The notes below the pieces were generated by a model, which did not search any database, was not told the origin of the DNA, and saw only the letters and a program-made list of their open reading frames with translations. 64,000 nt of DNA, taken from contig NC_043013.1 in assembly GCF_006345805.1 (NCBI RefSeq), forward strand, positions 4,526,001 through 4,590,000, written 5' to 3'. The position numbers were made by a program, and so were the translations under genes. Shown here piece by piece: positions 40,261-53,234 of the stretch. The stretch's first letter is position 1. The number at the start of each line of letters is the position of its first letter. The DNA is from Octopus sinensis (Eukaryota).

Positions 40261-40789
40261 AGTCACTACGTTTTCCTCTTTTGTTTTCAGCTTTACATAA
40301 TGCAGACACAAGTGCGCACGCACACACACACATACACACACGTCTATGAAGAGATACGATCTTTCACTGCTATTTAGGTTTGTACTCAGAGAAGTTATCT
40401 TAGATTTCCACCAAAATTTAAGCAATGATCGTGAAAACAAAATCCACTGTAGTCATGGCAAAGTTTATCAGCATAAACGCATTGTTAATATACTTTGAAT
40501 GTAACACCACAACTATCAACCTGCATGAAACTACTCAAATATTTTTTTTTGTTGTTTATAATACCAAAATCTCCGAAATAACCTATTTATCTTTAAATGA
40601 GAATTTCACCACAAACTCGTAACTACATTCGTGTAAATACGTGACTTCGCTAGATAAACAATTTCTACATGTCCAATATTTTAAACAACAGCAGCAAAAA
40701 TAAATATATAAATTCAGTGCTGAAAAGTGAAATGTGCAACATTGCATGAATCGGCAGTGAGCTCCTCAAGAATTACTCTCTTCCTGATG

Positions 40790-41761
40790 GTCTCTGATTG
40801 AAATCACTGAGCATATGTTGCCCGGAAGCTTGAGAGAAGACAGTAGAATTATCACGAAGCGCAGCTTCTCTTGGATACAAGACCACTACATCACATCACA
40901 CTTTGAAGGCTATGCGTTTGCAATCCAGGAACAGGAGATTGCCACAAAGTACCAGGTGAACAAGAGAGACAGTGATGCTCTTGTAAGCCCAAGGGGCAAC
41001 CGCATGTGTAGGCTATGTCATGTTTCTGTGGAAAACATCACGCATGTGGTTAGTAGCTGTCCTAAAGTGGCGTCACGATACTACTTCCCTATGCGATACG
41101 ATGTTGTTGCTAAAACAATTTTCAATGTCATCCTTTAGAAAATCCTTCTATTATAGAATACATTCATAAACACCAAGTCAAGGAATACTGGTGGAATATT
41201 CCCATCAAAATTTCTGTCAAATGTAAACATAACAGGCCGGATATTGTTGTTTGGGACAGAGGTATGTAAAGGTATGTACCACTACAGAGGTTAGCTACCC
41301 TGCAGATATAAATATCTCTTTGAAAATCAAAGAAAAAGAGGACATCTATGGACAACTGTTTCGAAACCTTCAACTTCTTTATCCAGACTATAAATTCATA
41401 TTCATACCAATAATAATTGGAGCACTAGACTTTGTTAGTAAATGGTTAAAGGAGAATCTGGATAAACTGGAATTTTCAGAAAGAGAAATCGATCAGCTAA
41501 TTCGTACATTACAAGTGCAATCTGTGAGTGGAACAGTAAAAATATGCAAGACTTTTCTCAAGTTCCAAATGTGAATTTGTCTGCGTTGACTACATCCCAA
41601 TGATGAAGCCTTATATCTTTCTCGGAAACCGGCCCCTTCTTCAGTGAAAGATTTATAATAATTAAAAAATAGAGGAGATATACATACATACATACATACA
41701 TACATACATACATACATACATACATACATACATACATACATACATACATACATACATACAT
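40790..41761 (+). pseudogene. 3' end of an RLE-type LINE (CCHC knuckle plus PD-(D/E)xK nuclease) with (TACA)n tail
   Basis: AIQEQEIATKY, CRLCHVSVENITHVVSSC, HNRPDIVVWD, EVSYPAD...KEKEDIY and IPIIIGAL. Related pieces lie at 47225-47410 (+) and 49838-50370 (-). Confidence 0.88.
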
Positions 41762-41884
41762 GATGGCTGCCCCCTCGTTATCGAGTATGGCCATTGCACG
41801 AAGCTTAACTGTTATTGGTGCTGTGGTCGAACGTGACTTTTTAGCCCAGCTAAAGATCTACAATGTCTTGTACAGAATTGGCAG

Positions 41885-42878
41885 CCTTTGAAGCGCTTGA
41901 TACAACACTACAAGACTTCAGAAACAATAAGATCATGGGTGGTGTCACCCTCCTCATGGCTGGTTACTTCAGGCAAACGCTACCAGTCATTCCCAGAGGA
42001 ACAAGGGCAGATGAGCTGAGTGCTTACATCAAGTCCTCATATATCTGGCAACATGTCAAGCAGCTTACTCTGACAACCAGCATGAGGGTTTACATTCATG
42101 GTGACCCGTTAGCTGCACAGTTCTCCAACAACTTACTTGACATTGAAAACGGAAAACTTCCACAAGATCCAGAAGATAGCCTGCACCACCTCCCATGTGG
42201 CAATATGACTGCCCCCCTTGAAGATCTGAAGAGCGAGGTGTTTCCAAACATTGTCACAATCTATAAAAGTCACAAGTAGCTATGTCAAAGAACAATTCTG
42301 GCACCAAGGAATGATGCTGTAGACAAGCTGAATCTAAATTTGTCGTTTCAGCTTCCAGGACCTGAATGTTCATAGAGATGAATTGACTCTGTCCCTGACC
42401 AAGAACAGGTAACGCATTACTCAGTGGAGTTCCTCAATTCACTGCACCCACCAGGATTTTCACCACACATTCTGATCATGAAAACAGGTGCTCCCACAAT
42501 GCTATTAAGAAACCTTGATGCACCTCTACAAAGTTGGTTGTTAAAACAGCCATGCGCCATGTGTTTGAAGCAACAATAATTACAGGCAACATGATGGGTG
42601 AGAATGTATTCGTTCCAAGTATACCTCTTATCCTAAATGATCCCCTCTTTCAGTTCAAGAGACTGCAGTTTCCTGTCAAACTTAGCTTTGCAATGTCTAT
42701 CAACAAAGCACAAGGTCAATCAATAAAAGTGGTGGAACTTAACCTCCTTCTACCTTGCTTCTCACATGGTCAGCTGTATGTTGGATGTTCTAGAGTTGGA
42801 GATGCAAAGAGCCTCTACATTCTCAGTGATAAACATGGCAAGACAGAAAACACAGCATATGAAGAAGCACTTACATGA
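41885..42878 (+). pseudogene. Helitron PIF1-like helicase fragment
   Basis: GGVTLLMAGYFRQTLPVIPRG, ILAPRNDAVDKLN, MLLRNL, RLQFPVKLSFAMSINKAQGQS and FSHGQLYVGCSRV. Confidence 0.9.
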
Positions 42879-43373
42879 ATAGTACGCCCATGTCATATAC
42901 TGAAGAGTAAAACTATTGAGTGTTAAAGTACTCCTGTTAGACTTTCACTTTTCGACTGACATGCGTGCGTATAAAAGGGAAACAATAACCTGATATATTC
43001 GCTGTGTGTGTGTGTGTGTTGTGTACTCTCCTCACGGGCTTTCATTGTTTATAATCTGTAGCTATTTTTTGGTTACGAAACAAGTTAGACAAACGTGTAT
43101 TTACTTTATATACATATATGAGTTGAAAAGTTTCTTTTCACATTTCACCTAACGTCTATGTTCCATGCTGGCATGGGTTGCAGCGTTGTCTAGAAAGTTG
43201 TTATCACAGCTACTAGCAGTTGAAACCTGCGTAATCTAGACGGCATTTATAAATTTCGAAATTTCGTTTTCTTTAACCCGGACAATGCCGGGTTTTTTCA
43301 TCAATAAATATTTTTCGTCATTTTCATTGATAATTTTATTATATTTTTTTACACAACGTCTTCACGAGATTAA

Positions 43374-43757
43374 TCTCTCTCTATATAAACGGCAGTTTGT
43401 CTGTGCGTGTTTCTGTGTGTCTGTTTGCTTGTACCCTCACCCTGACCACGGCTTTCAACCGATTCTGATGAAACTTGACACACACATAGCCCAATGTCAT
43501 AATTCAAAACTAACGCAGCGAAAATTTTGAAAAGTTCCCCCAGTTCTGAAAAAAATCGATAAATTCGACATGGGGTCGAGAATCAGAAACACGAACCACA
43601 AACTGTCTAGGGGACGCAACTCCACCTTTTTTAAATCTCAAAAAAAAATTTACCATCATTTTTTCCATTTTTTTGCTATTTTTTGGCTATAACTCTCTAA
43701 AAATGCTTTATAGTTATTTCCCTTACAAACCTGAGCAACGCCGGGCGATACTGCTAG
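43374..43757 (+). mobile_element. Non-autonomous Helitron (3' end shared with the 12125 copy, different 5' part)
   Basis: TC start; ends in ...gagcaacgccgggcgatactgCTAG|t. Confidence 0.85.
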
Positions 43758-44601
43758 TTTCTTATAAACGCTAAAACCTACATTTTTACGTTTAACATTC
43801 AGTTATACTATTTTCATCGACAAGCTAAGTAACATTTTTTATTTAACAATATTATTTAACTTTTGAATTGTATTAAGTTTGATTATTATTATTATTATTA
43901 TTATTATTTTATTGTTGTTAAAATATTAATTTATATATAATTTCTTGATAATTATTATTTACGATGTGTATATCTATTTATTTATTAGGTTTATGATTAT
44001 TATTAATTTTATAGTGTGATTTAACGAATTATATATAATTTAATTTGAGAATTAGCTTTGTAAGACAATATATATTTTTAATAGTTACGTAGTATTACAT
44101 TTAAGTAAATTAGTTAAATATTAATTGATATCTTGGTCAACTATATAATTGAGTAAAATATTAAATCTATATATACTACATATATATTGATAATATAATT
44201 AGTTTATCTAGTAGGCGTGTATATATTTAAACCAATTCCTATAATTAATTCTAATATTTATAGCTTGTACTAACATTATGTATATTACTTAACATTAGTT
44301 TTTAATATAAATTACTTAATGAGTATAAGATTTTATTTAGATGTTTATTAAATAAATTAATTAATAATTTAATTTAATGTATATAGATTAAATTATCGTA
44401 TTTAGTTTTCACTTAATGTATATTTTGTATTTTATATATATAGATATATTTGTTTTAGATATTTTAATTAATTGTATCTTATTTTTTATTCTATTTTTTA
44501 TTTAAACAAGAATATATTTGTTAAGATATTTCGTTTTTTACAAGATTATTTACGTATATTTATTAATTTATCTAATTAATTATTTTATTTTTTTATATCT
44601 G

Positions 44602-44696
44602 TAACCTGAAGAGCGGCTATATTTATATTGAAGTGATTTTACTATTATTATTACTATTATCATTTCTTAAATATAGCCACGAAACACGTGTCGTTA
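44602..44696 (+). ncRNA. Type I hammerhead ribozyme with intact core
   Basis: TAAC-CTGAAGA-GCGGCTATATTTA...TAAATATAGCCAC-GAAA-CACGTG-TC-GTTA. Stems I, II and III are all present, with a GUC site after 44692. Confidence 0.85.
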
Positions 44697-44853
44697 TTCT
44701 ACCATATATATACGTTTTATTTACTATTTTGCACATTACTTAATCATTGTTATATGTATTATCTTATATTTAATCTTTCTATAATATGTAATCTTTCTAA
44801 ATGGTATAATTTAATTTTTCATTATTGAATTGATAAAACGTGTTTTTTTTTAA

Positions 44854-44898
<45 letters not shown>

Positions 44899-46102
44899 TA
44901 TATACATACATTTATGTAGATAGCTACATCTATATATACATGTATATATGGGTACAGGACATCAAAAAAACGTTAAACACAATGAGAAACGAAAACATAA
45001 AAACAAAAACATGGAAACGAACTTTTTTTCAAACAACGAAAAAACAGAGAACAAGACATACAACACAAGAAATATTCCCCTTCTTCAGTTGTCCCTGTTT
45101 CGTCTACTCCGCGTTTCGAAGATAAGGACAAGACGAGACTTCATTGAAACAGTCCTTCCCGCAAAGCAAATTAAATAAAATTTGATATTTTTGGCGGAGG
45201 GGTAAAAGTGGTAACAAGAACAGAACAGTAAGAACAAAATAAGACAGTAAAAACAGTAAAAGACAGTACAAAGAGAATAACACAGTAAAAACAAACGATG
45301 AGGGCTGTTAAGTCAAGACAATGGAAAATCTATTCTGAATGCATTAAGGAGACAACTTATGAGAGGGACAGGATAAGCCGTCTTGTGTTGGTGAAGATAG
45401 CAGTTGGAAAGATGGCTTCCCTCTGATCATGTGTCAGTGACGAGAGTCGAGGAGGAGAAGTAAGAGGAGGGAAGGGTGGGCGAGAAAACCAGAAAGGATG
45501 AAGAACAAGAGAGGGAGAGAGATAGACAGAGGAGAATTAGTAAAGTTGGAGAGTGCACATCATAATTATTAAGATAAAACTTACTGTTATTCTTTTATTC
45601 TTTTATTCGCTCCAGTCATTTGACTGTGGCCATGCTGGAGCACCGCCTTGTTGTCGAACAAATCGATCTCTGGACTTATTATTTGTAAGCCTGGTACATA
45701 TTCTATCGGTCTCTTTTGCTGCACCGCTAAGTTACAGGGACGTAACCGTTAAGACACACACCAAAGATCGGTTGTCAAGTGATGGCGGGTGTGACCAAAC
45801 AGACACACAACACACACCACACACACACACACACACCCAACACACACCACACATATATATATATATATATATAATTAATCAATATAGGGTGGCAAGGAAA
45901 ATTTTTGTAGATTTTTATTGCCACCAGCGGCCCAGCGGGAAAAAAATTAAATAGTCATAGACCATTTTTTAATTCAACATTAACAATTAAGGAACGGCCA
46001 TAATAGGCCATTCACCACTAGAAAACCAGCCAAAGCTTCTACCGCAAATAAAGATCAATTCCGTAAACATACGGAGAAAATTAAAAAAACATTTACCCTG
46101 TA

Positions 46103-46206
46103 ATTCTTGTACGGTATACCGTTTCATCCGTTGTTTAATGGTAAACCAACCTAATTAAATTAAATCAAGCCAATCTTCCATAAGCCCCTCGGATTCATCA
46201 GCAGAA
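46103..46206 (-). ncRNA. Type I hammerhead ribozyme (copy 1, intact core)
   Basis: Minus strand: ttctg-CTGATGA-ATCCG...CGGAT-GAAA-CGGTATACCG-TA-caagaa. Confidence 0.85.
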
Positions 46207-46214
46207 ATAGCTAT

Positions 46215-46318
46215 TTCTTGCTGATGATCCCGAGGGCTTATGGAAGATGGGCTTGATTTAATTTAATTAGGTTGGTTTACCATTAAACAACGGATGAAAC
46301 GGTATACCGTAACAAGAA
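46215..46318 (+). ncRNA. Type I hammerhead ribozyme (copy 2)
   Basis: ttcttg-CTGATGA(46221)-tcccg...cggat-GAAA(46296)-CGGTATACCG-TA-acaagaa. Confidence 0.8.
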
Positions 46319-46698
46319 ATTACAGGGTAAATGTTTTTTTAATTTTCTCTGTTTACGGAATTGATCTTATTTGCGGTAGAAGCTTTGGCTGTTATTTCTA
46401 GTGGGTGAATGGCCTATTATGGCCGTTCCTTAATTGTTAATGTTGAACTTAAAAATGGTCTATACTATTAATTTTTTTCCCGCTGGGCCGCTGGTGGCAA
46501 TAAATTCTACAAAAATTTTCCTTGCCACCCTATATTGATTAATTATGAATTTTTTGGTTAATTCCGAATGAATCGACGGCTGATATTTATTTGCTGCCGA
46601 TAAATTTGGCGCGAGTGCGACGATTTGAAAATTTTAGGTCAGATATTGACTTGGCAAGATTGGATATGCCTCGTGTAATTATCTGTCCCGAGAGCTAT

Positions 46699-46809
46699 TT
46701 CTTGCTGATGAATCCGAGGGCTTATGGAAGATTGGCTTGATTTAATTTAATTAGGTTGGTTTAAAAACCATTTAAACAACGGATGAAACGGTATAAAACC
46801 GGACAAGAA
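46699..46809 (+). ncRNA. Type I hammerhead ribozyme (copy 3; cleavage triplet altered as assembled)
   Basis: ttcttg-CTGATGA(46705)-ATCCG...CGGAT-GAAA(46785)-cggtataaaaccg-ga-caagaa. Confidence 0.7.
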
Positions 46810-47516
46810 ATACAGGGTAAATGTTTTTTTAATTTTCTCCTGTTTACGGAATTGATTCTTTATTTGCGGTAGAAGCTTTGGCTGTTATTTCTAGTGGTGA
46901 ATGGCCTATTATGGCCGTTCCTTAATTGTTAATATATATAATATAATATATATATAATATATAATACAACGGGCTTCTTTCAGTTTCTGTCTACCAAATC
47001 CATACTCAAGACTTTGGTCGACCCGAGGCTATAGTGGAAGACACTTGCCCAAAGTGTCATGCGGTGGTAATGAACCCAGAACCATGTGGTTTGTAAGCAA
47101 ACTACTTACCACACAGCCACAACTGCGCCTATATATTGGAGCAAATTTGGCTTACAGCTGTTTCCAGTAATCATTAAACGTACATAACTGATAGGTTTAC
47201 TCAATTAGTCTATTGATCAATAAAGGACAATTGAACGACCTAAGAAAATTGTGAATGGAACAACAAAAATCTGCAAGTCTTTTCTCAAGTTCTAAATGTG
47301 AATTTGTCTGTGTTAACTACATTCCAAATATGGAGCCTTGTATGTTTGTCGGAAACCGGCTCCCTCCTCAGTGAAAGATTTGTAATAATTAAAAAATAGA
47401 AGAGACATATATTCTTTTACTTTCTTTTACTTGTTTCAGTCACCTGACTGCGTTCATGCTAGAGCACCACCTTTAAAATATATATATATGTGTGTGTATG
47501 TATGTATGTATGTATG

Positions 47517-47607
<91 letters not shown>

Positions 47608-47609
<2 letters not shown>

Positions 47610-48538
47610 CAACTAGAGAGAGATTATCAATCCGGGAAAAATGCTTCACAAGCTATCCGTTCGCACACCAGACTAATGATATTATTTAGAATTATTTAGA
47701 TCAGTGAGGAACTCCAGCTAATCTTGAGGCAGGGTCCAAGGTTATGGTTCGTCACAATTCTATATTGTATATCAGTTTTTACACAGTGGTATATAAGAAA
47801 CAAGTTAAAAATAATGGTCTTTACATAGTTTTCCTTAATTGACCAATTGACTAGTTGAGTAAAATGACGACTGGAAACAACAGTAAGCGAAATTGGCTCC
47901 AATTAAGGAAAACTATGTATTCTTTTACTTGTTTCAGTCATTTGACTGCGGCCATGCTGGAGCACCGCCTTTAGTCGAGCAAATCGACCCGGGACTTATT
48001 CTTTTTGTAAGCCCAGTACTTATTCTATCGGTCTCTTTTGCCAAACCGCTAAGTGACGGGGACGTAAACATACCAGCATCGGTTGTCAAGCAATGCTAGG
48101 GGGGCAAACACAGACACACAAACATACACACATACACATATATATATATATATATACATATTTACGACGGGCTTTTTTCAGTTTCCGTCTACCAAATCCA
48201 CTCACAAAGCATTGGTCGGCCTGAGGCTATAGCAGAAGACACTTGCTCAAGATGCCACGCAGTGGGACTGAACCCGGAACCGTGTGATTGGTTACCAAGC
48301 TACTTACCACACAGTCACTCCTGCGCCTGTGTAATGACCATTATTTTTAACTTGTTTCTTATATACCACTCTATTTAAAAACTGATATACAATATAGAAT
48401 TGTGATGAACCATAACCTTGGACCCTGCCTCAAGATTAGCTGGAGTTCCTCACTGATCTAAATAATATCATTAGTCTGGTGTGGCAACAGAAAGCTTGTG
48501 AAGTATTTTGCTCGGATTGATAATCTCTCACTATTTGT

Positions 48539-48540
<2 letters not shown>
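47608..48540. repeat. ~215-bp inverted repeats (47608-47826 / 48330-48540) enclosing a SINE A (47925-48328, -)
   Basis: For example, gatcagtgaggaactccagctaatcttgaggcagggtccaaggttatggttc is present in both orientations. The outer flanks are (TA)n. Confidence 0.88.
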
Positions 48541-48572
<32 letters not shown>

Positions 48573-48683
48573 ATATACATATATATATATCATATATAAA
48601 ATTGAATTAGAGTAGAAATTGATATTAATCAATTAAAACCAGTGGCCTAGCATATTAAAAAAATCCGAAAATTAAAATATTTT

Positions 48684-48896
48684 TACATACAAAATTTAAA
48701 GGCCTGACCACTAAACTGGTCGGTATTTTGGTAATCGTTATTATTTCCTATATTTTCATTTGTCTTGCTTATTTTCTTACGCTTTGGTTTGTGCTGAGTT
48801 TTTATTTGAGAACACATTCTTCGTGGAAAATAGCGATTTTGACGTCTATATCTAGCATGTTGACCGTCCATTTTTAGTGGTCAGTCCTTTAAATTT

Positions 48897-48902
<6 letters not shown>
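48684..48902. mobile_element. Short MITE-like element with ~40-bp TIRs
   Basis: tacaaaatttaaaggcctgaccactaaa pairs with tttagtggtcagtcctttaaattttgta. Confidence 0.7.
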
Positions 48903-48946
<44 letters not shown>

Positions 48947-49802
48947 CTTAGCAGACCTTCCTGTTGTTTTCACTGTCCTGTTTTTGTCACAAATCTTGAA
49001 CCTCCGCAACATCGCAAATTTTATTTAATTTGCTTTCCGGAAGCAACTGTTTTATCGAAAGCATATCTTGTCGTGAATTGCTCGAAATACGGATTAGAAA
49101 TACAACCAACAACTGATGAATGGTCACTCATTGAGCTGTTTGTCTTGTTTTCCATTTGTTTCTTTCGTTGCTTGCAAAAAAAAACCCTTATTCCATGTCC
49201 TCATACTTCGTATTTTTATTGTTTATGTTTTGTGACGTCCTGTGCCCACATATTTATATGTATATACGTATACATGTATGTACGTATACGTATGTATATA
49301 TGCATATATATAAAAAAGAAATACAAAAATGGGACAAGAACGCAAAACATCCAGACGGTTAGGTGATACAAAAAATGGGACAACAAAACATCCAGACAGA
49401 CGATACAAAAAACAAGGACGAGTCATTCGGACTTTTCTTTCCTCAGTCGGGTTCCAGATTAAGGCTGCAATTTCGGCTGGTTATACTCGAGATTGCTCCA
49501 ATCTGGCCAGCCCCTAGGTAAAACTAAGCTAAGAACATTAGATTCCTTGGAAGAAAGAGGCGAATGTATACGAAAACAAGGACGGAAAAAAAAAACAGAG
49601 ATATGTTACACATATACAAATGTAATTAACAGGACATAACAACAGGTGTCTTTCGACTAAGGACGAATTAAATTAAGCTGGCGTGTGTGGAATTAAAGTC
49701 TTACGGCAGGGACATAAGATTTAACAGGCACAGGGAAGAATATAGATGTTGCACGGATGGTGGTCAAACCACGAAAGCAAGTATATACATACATACATAC
49801 AT

Positions 49803-49837
<35 letters not shown>

Positions 49838-49841
<4 letters not shown>

Positions 49842-50370
49842 CCTCTTCTATTTTTTAATTATTATCAATCGTTCACTGTGGAGGGACCCAATTTCCAACA
49901 AACATACAAGGTTCTGTCTTTGGGATGTAGTTAACACAGACAAATTCACATTTGGAACTTGAGAAATGTCTTGAATATTTTTATTGCTCCACTCACAGAT
50001 TGCACTTGTAATGTACGAATTAGCCGCTCGATTTCTCTATCTGAAAAGATCAGTTTATCCAGATTCTCCTATAAGCATTTACTAACAAAACCTAGTACTC
50101 CAATTATTATTGGTATGAATATGAATCCATAGTCTGGATATAGAAGCCGAAGGTTTCGAAGCAGTTGTCCATAGATATCCTCTTTTTCTTTGATTTTCAA
50201 AGAGATATTTATATCTGCGGGCAACTGACTTATATGATGGTACATACCTTTGCCTCTCAGTCCTAAACAACAATATCCGCCTGTTATGTTTACATTTGAC
50301 AGACGTTGTGATGGGAATATTCTACTAGTATTCCTTGAGTTGGGTGTTTATGAATGTATTCCATAACACA
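49838..50370 (-). pseudogene. RLE-type LINE 3' fragment (same family as 40790-41761)
   Basis: Reverse-complement similarity to 41150-41680. Confidence 0.85.
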
Positions 50371-50620
50371 TGGACTCTTCCGTCGATGTCGGCGTTTGAG
50401 CGTTCAACTTTTCGCCGAACGACCTGCGCAAATGGTTTGTTTATAGTTAACAAATGTTCGCGCCCTACAGTAGCTCACTCTCTCCATCAAATCGACGTTG
50501 TATGAACAGGTGTACCACGGGTCAGGTGTCGAAGTGTATCTTTACAGAAACGTGTGCGCTCATATGTATATAACATATATACACATTCATATGTAATATA
50601 TTTATATATGTGAGTGTGTA

Positions 50621-50675
<55 letters not shown>

Positions 50676-51441
50676 TAAATGTACGTACAGAAGTATGTAT
50701 GTATGCATAAGCCCAGTCACAACTACAGCCGGCTATTACCAGTAAAGGTTTTAGTTGCCAATTCTGTACAAGACATTGTAGATCTTTAGCTGGGCTAAAA
50801 AGTCACATTCGATCACAGCACCAGTAACGGTTAAGCTTCGTGCAATGGCCATACTCGATAACGAGGGGGCAGCCATAATTTATGTATGTATGTATGTATG
50901 TATGTATGTATGTATGTATGTAGTCGATGTTATCGACTAGATCCTTCCCCAAAGTTTCAGGCAACGTACCTGCAGTAGAAAGGATATTACATTCGTTTTA
51001 ACGATACATGGTTCACAACATCATGAATATAAATAATAATAATCTAAAACTGGCTTCAAATTTCGGCACAGAGCAAGCAGTTTCGGGGGAGGGGCTAAGA
51101 CGGTTACACCGACCCCGGAAATCAACTGGTACTTATTTTATCAACCCTGAAAAGATGAACAGTTAAGTGGATTTCAGTGGAATTCAGAACGAAAAGACGG
51201 ATGAAATGCCGCTAAGCATTTTGTCCGTTGTGCTAACGATTCTGCCTTAATTATCTGATGTTGCAACATATCATGTGATAAATGTTCATCTCGTTAGAAA
51301 TAGGTGAAAAAAAGTAACATACATACATACATGTGTGTGTATGTGTGTGACCGTATGCGTATATACATACATATCTATGTATTGACTGGTGGATATTTGT
51401 AAATACATGCATATATCTACACACATGTACGTGTGTATATA

Positions 51442-51473
<32 letters not shown>

Positions 51474-51529
51474 CATGTATATGTGTATATATAGATATAG
51501 ATATGCATCTGTGTATATATAGATATATA

Positions 51530-51570
<41 letters not shown>

Positions 51571-51791
51571 GAGTGTATTTTTACCTTGTTAACAATAACA
51601 CGGAAAAATAAATAAATAGTTACCAGGGCAGCAAAAATCTCACAAGTAAAGGTGTTGTAACTCCTTGTTTATAAAGGTAGAAACTTCGTGTTTACGTTGA
51701 ATATTTTGAATAATATGAATAAAAAAATGGAGTTAACGCAGGTGTAATCAAATATTTTTACTTTCGACACATGTTTCGAAAATTCCACTGA

Positions 51792-51827
<36 letters not shown>

Positions 51828-51829
51828 AT

Positions 51830-51975
51830 GAGTGTGTGGTAAAAGTTTTCTTCCTAACCACATGGTTCTGGGTTCAGCCCCATTGCGCCACTCCTTAGGT
51901 CAATGTCTTCTTCCATAGCATCGTGCCTTGTGAGAGGATTTGGTAGACAGAAACTGAAAGAAGCCCGTCGTCTAA

Positions 51976-52046
<71 letters not shown>

Positions 52047-52295
52047 TGTGTGTGTGTGTCTTTGTGTCTGTGTTTGTCCCCCACCACCGCTTAGCAACCG
52101 GTGCTAGTTTTTTACGTCCCTGTAAGTTAATGGTTCAGTAAAAGGTAAGTTGTTGGTTCGGAAAAAAGAGACCGATAGAATAAGTACCAGGCTTTGAAAA
52201 TTATTAGCGCTAGAATCGATTCAATTGACTAAAATTTCTTCAAGGCAATGCCCCAGCATGGCCGCAGTCTAAGGACTGAAACAGAGAAAAGATAA
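51830..52295 (+). mobile_element. SINE family A, diverged
   Basis: Consensus match with an internal (TG)n. Confidence 0.85.
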
Positions 52296-52296
52296 A

Positions 52297-52335
<39 letters not shown>

Positions 52336-52339
52336 CGTC

Positions 52340-52370
<31 letters not shown>

Positions 52371-52371
52371 A

Positions 52372-52402
<31 letters not shown>

Positions 52403-52547
52403 CAAATAAAGGTTACAAACCTAATTAAGGGATAGCAAAATCCTACAAAATTACACGTTATGTACCTATAAAAAGAATGCTGAACATTACAGTTAATAAT
52501 CAACTGCAAAATAACTATATAAACCGAGATTAATTACATATTTATTT

Positions 52548-52925
52548 ATTATAAGTTGAGAAAATAGAGATATAATTAATAAATTATTATCTATTAATTA
52601 AAAAAATTGACAAAATCACTTACAGCTGTTTCAGTTCAAGACTGTCAGAAAATCAATTAATAAAATTTAAAATTATTTAAAAGTTGATGCCTCGTCAGAG
52701 GCATGTTGAGTAACAGTTTGCAGCCGTTTACTCAAAATACATGAATTGAATACCTATTTTGTATATCCTAAACTACCTCTAACGAGATTCGACTTTCAGA
52801 TAATTTTAAATTTTATTAATTAATTTTCTGAACGACTTAAATTGAAACAGCTGTAAGGGATGTTCGTCAGTTTTTTAATTAATAAATACTAATTTATTAA
52901 TTATCTCTCTATTTTCTTATCTTAT
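52548..52925. repeat. Foldback element made of two divergent hammerhead-bearing arms
   Basis: 52548-52700 is inverted relative to 52775-52925. The + arm reads cct-CTAACGA...GAAA-CAGCTG-TA-agg and the - arm reads CTGACGA...GAAA-CAGCTG-TA. Confidence 0.75.
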
Positions 52926-52984
52926 CTTATATATAAATCTAAATTTTTCTGAACTATATATATATATGTATATATATATATATT

Positions 52985-53192
52985 CTTTTACTTGTTTCAG
53001 TCATTTGACTGCGGCCATGCTGGAGCACCGCCTTTAATCGAGCAACTCGACCCCGGGACTTATTCTTTGTAAGCCCAGTACTTATTGTATCGGTCTCTTT
53101 TGCCGAACCGCTAAGTAACGGGGATATAAACACACCAGCATCGGTTGTCAAGCAATGATAGGGGGACAAACACAGACACACAAACACACACA

Positions 53193-53234
<42 letters not shown>

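Larger units (their letters stand above)
45871..46933. mobile_element. Non-coding hammerhead-bearing element (retrozyme or PLE pseudo-LTR) with inverted plus tandem copies
   Basis: 45871-46210 is inverted relative to 46211-46546, and 46693-46933 directly repeats 46209-46442. Confidence 0.8.
45598..47130 (-). mobile_element. SINE A split at its internal (TA)n by the hammerhead-bearing insert
   Basis: The tail half lies at 45598-45870 and the head half at 46963-47130. Confidence 0.85.
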
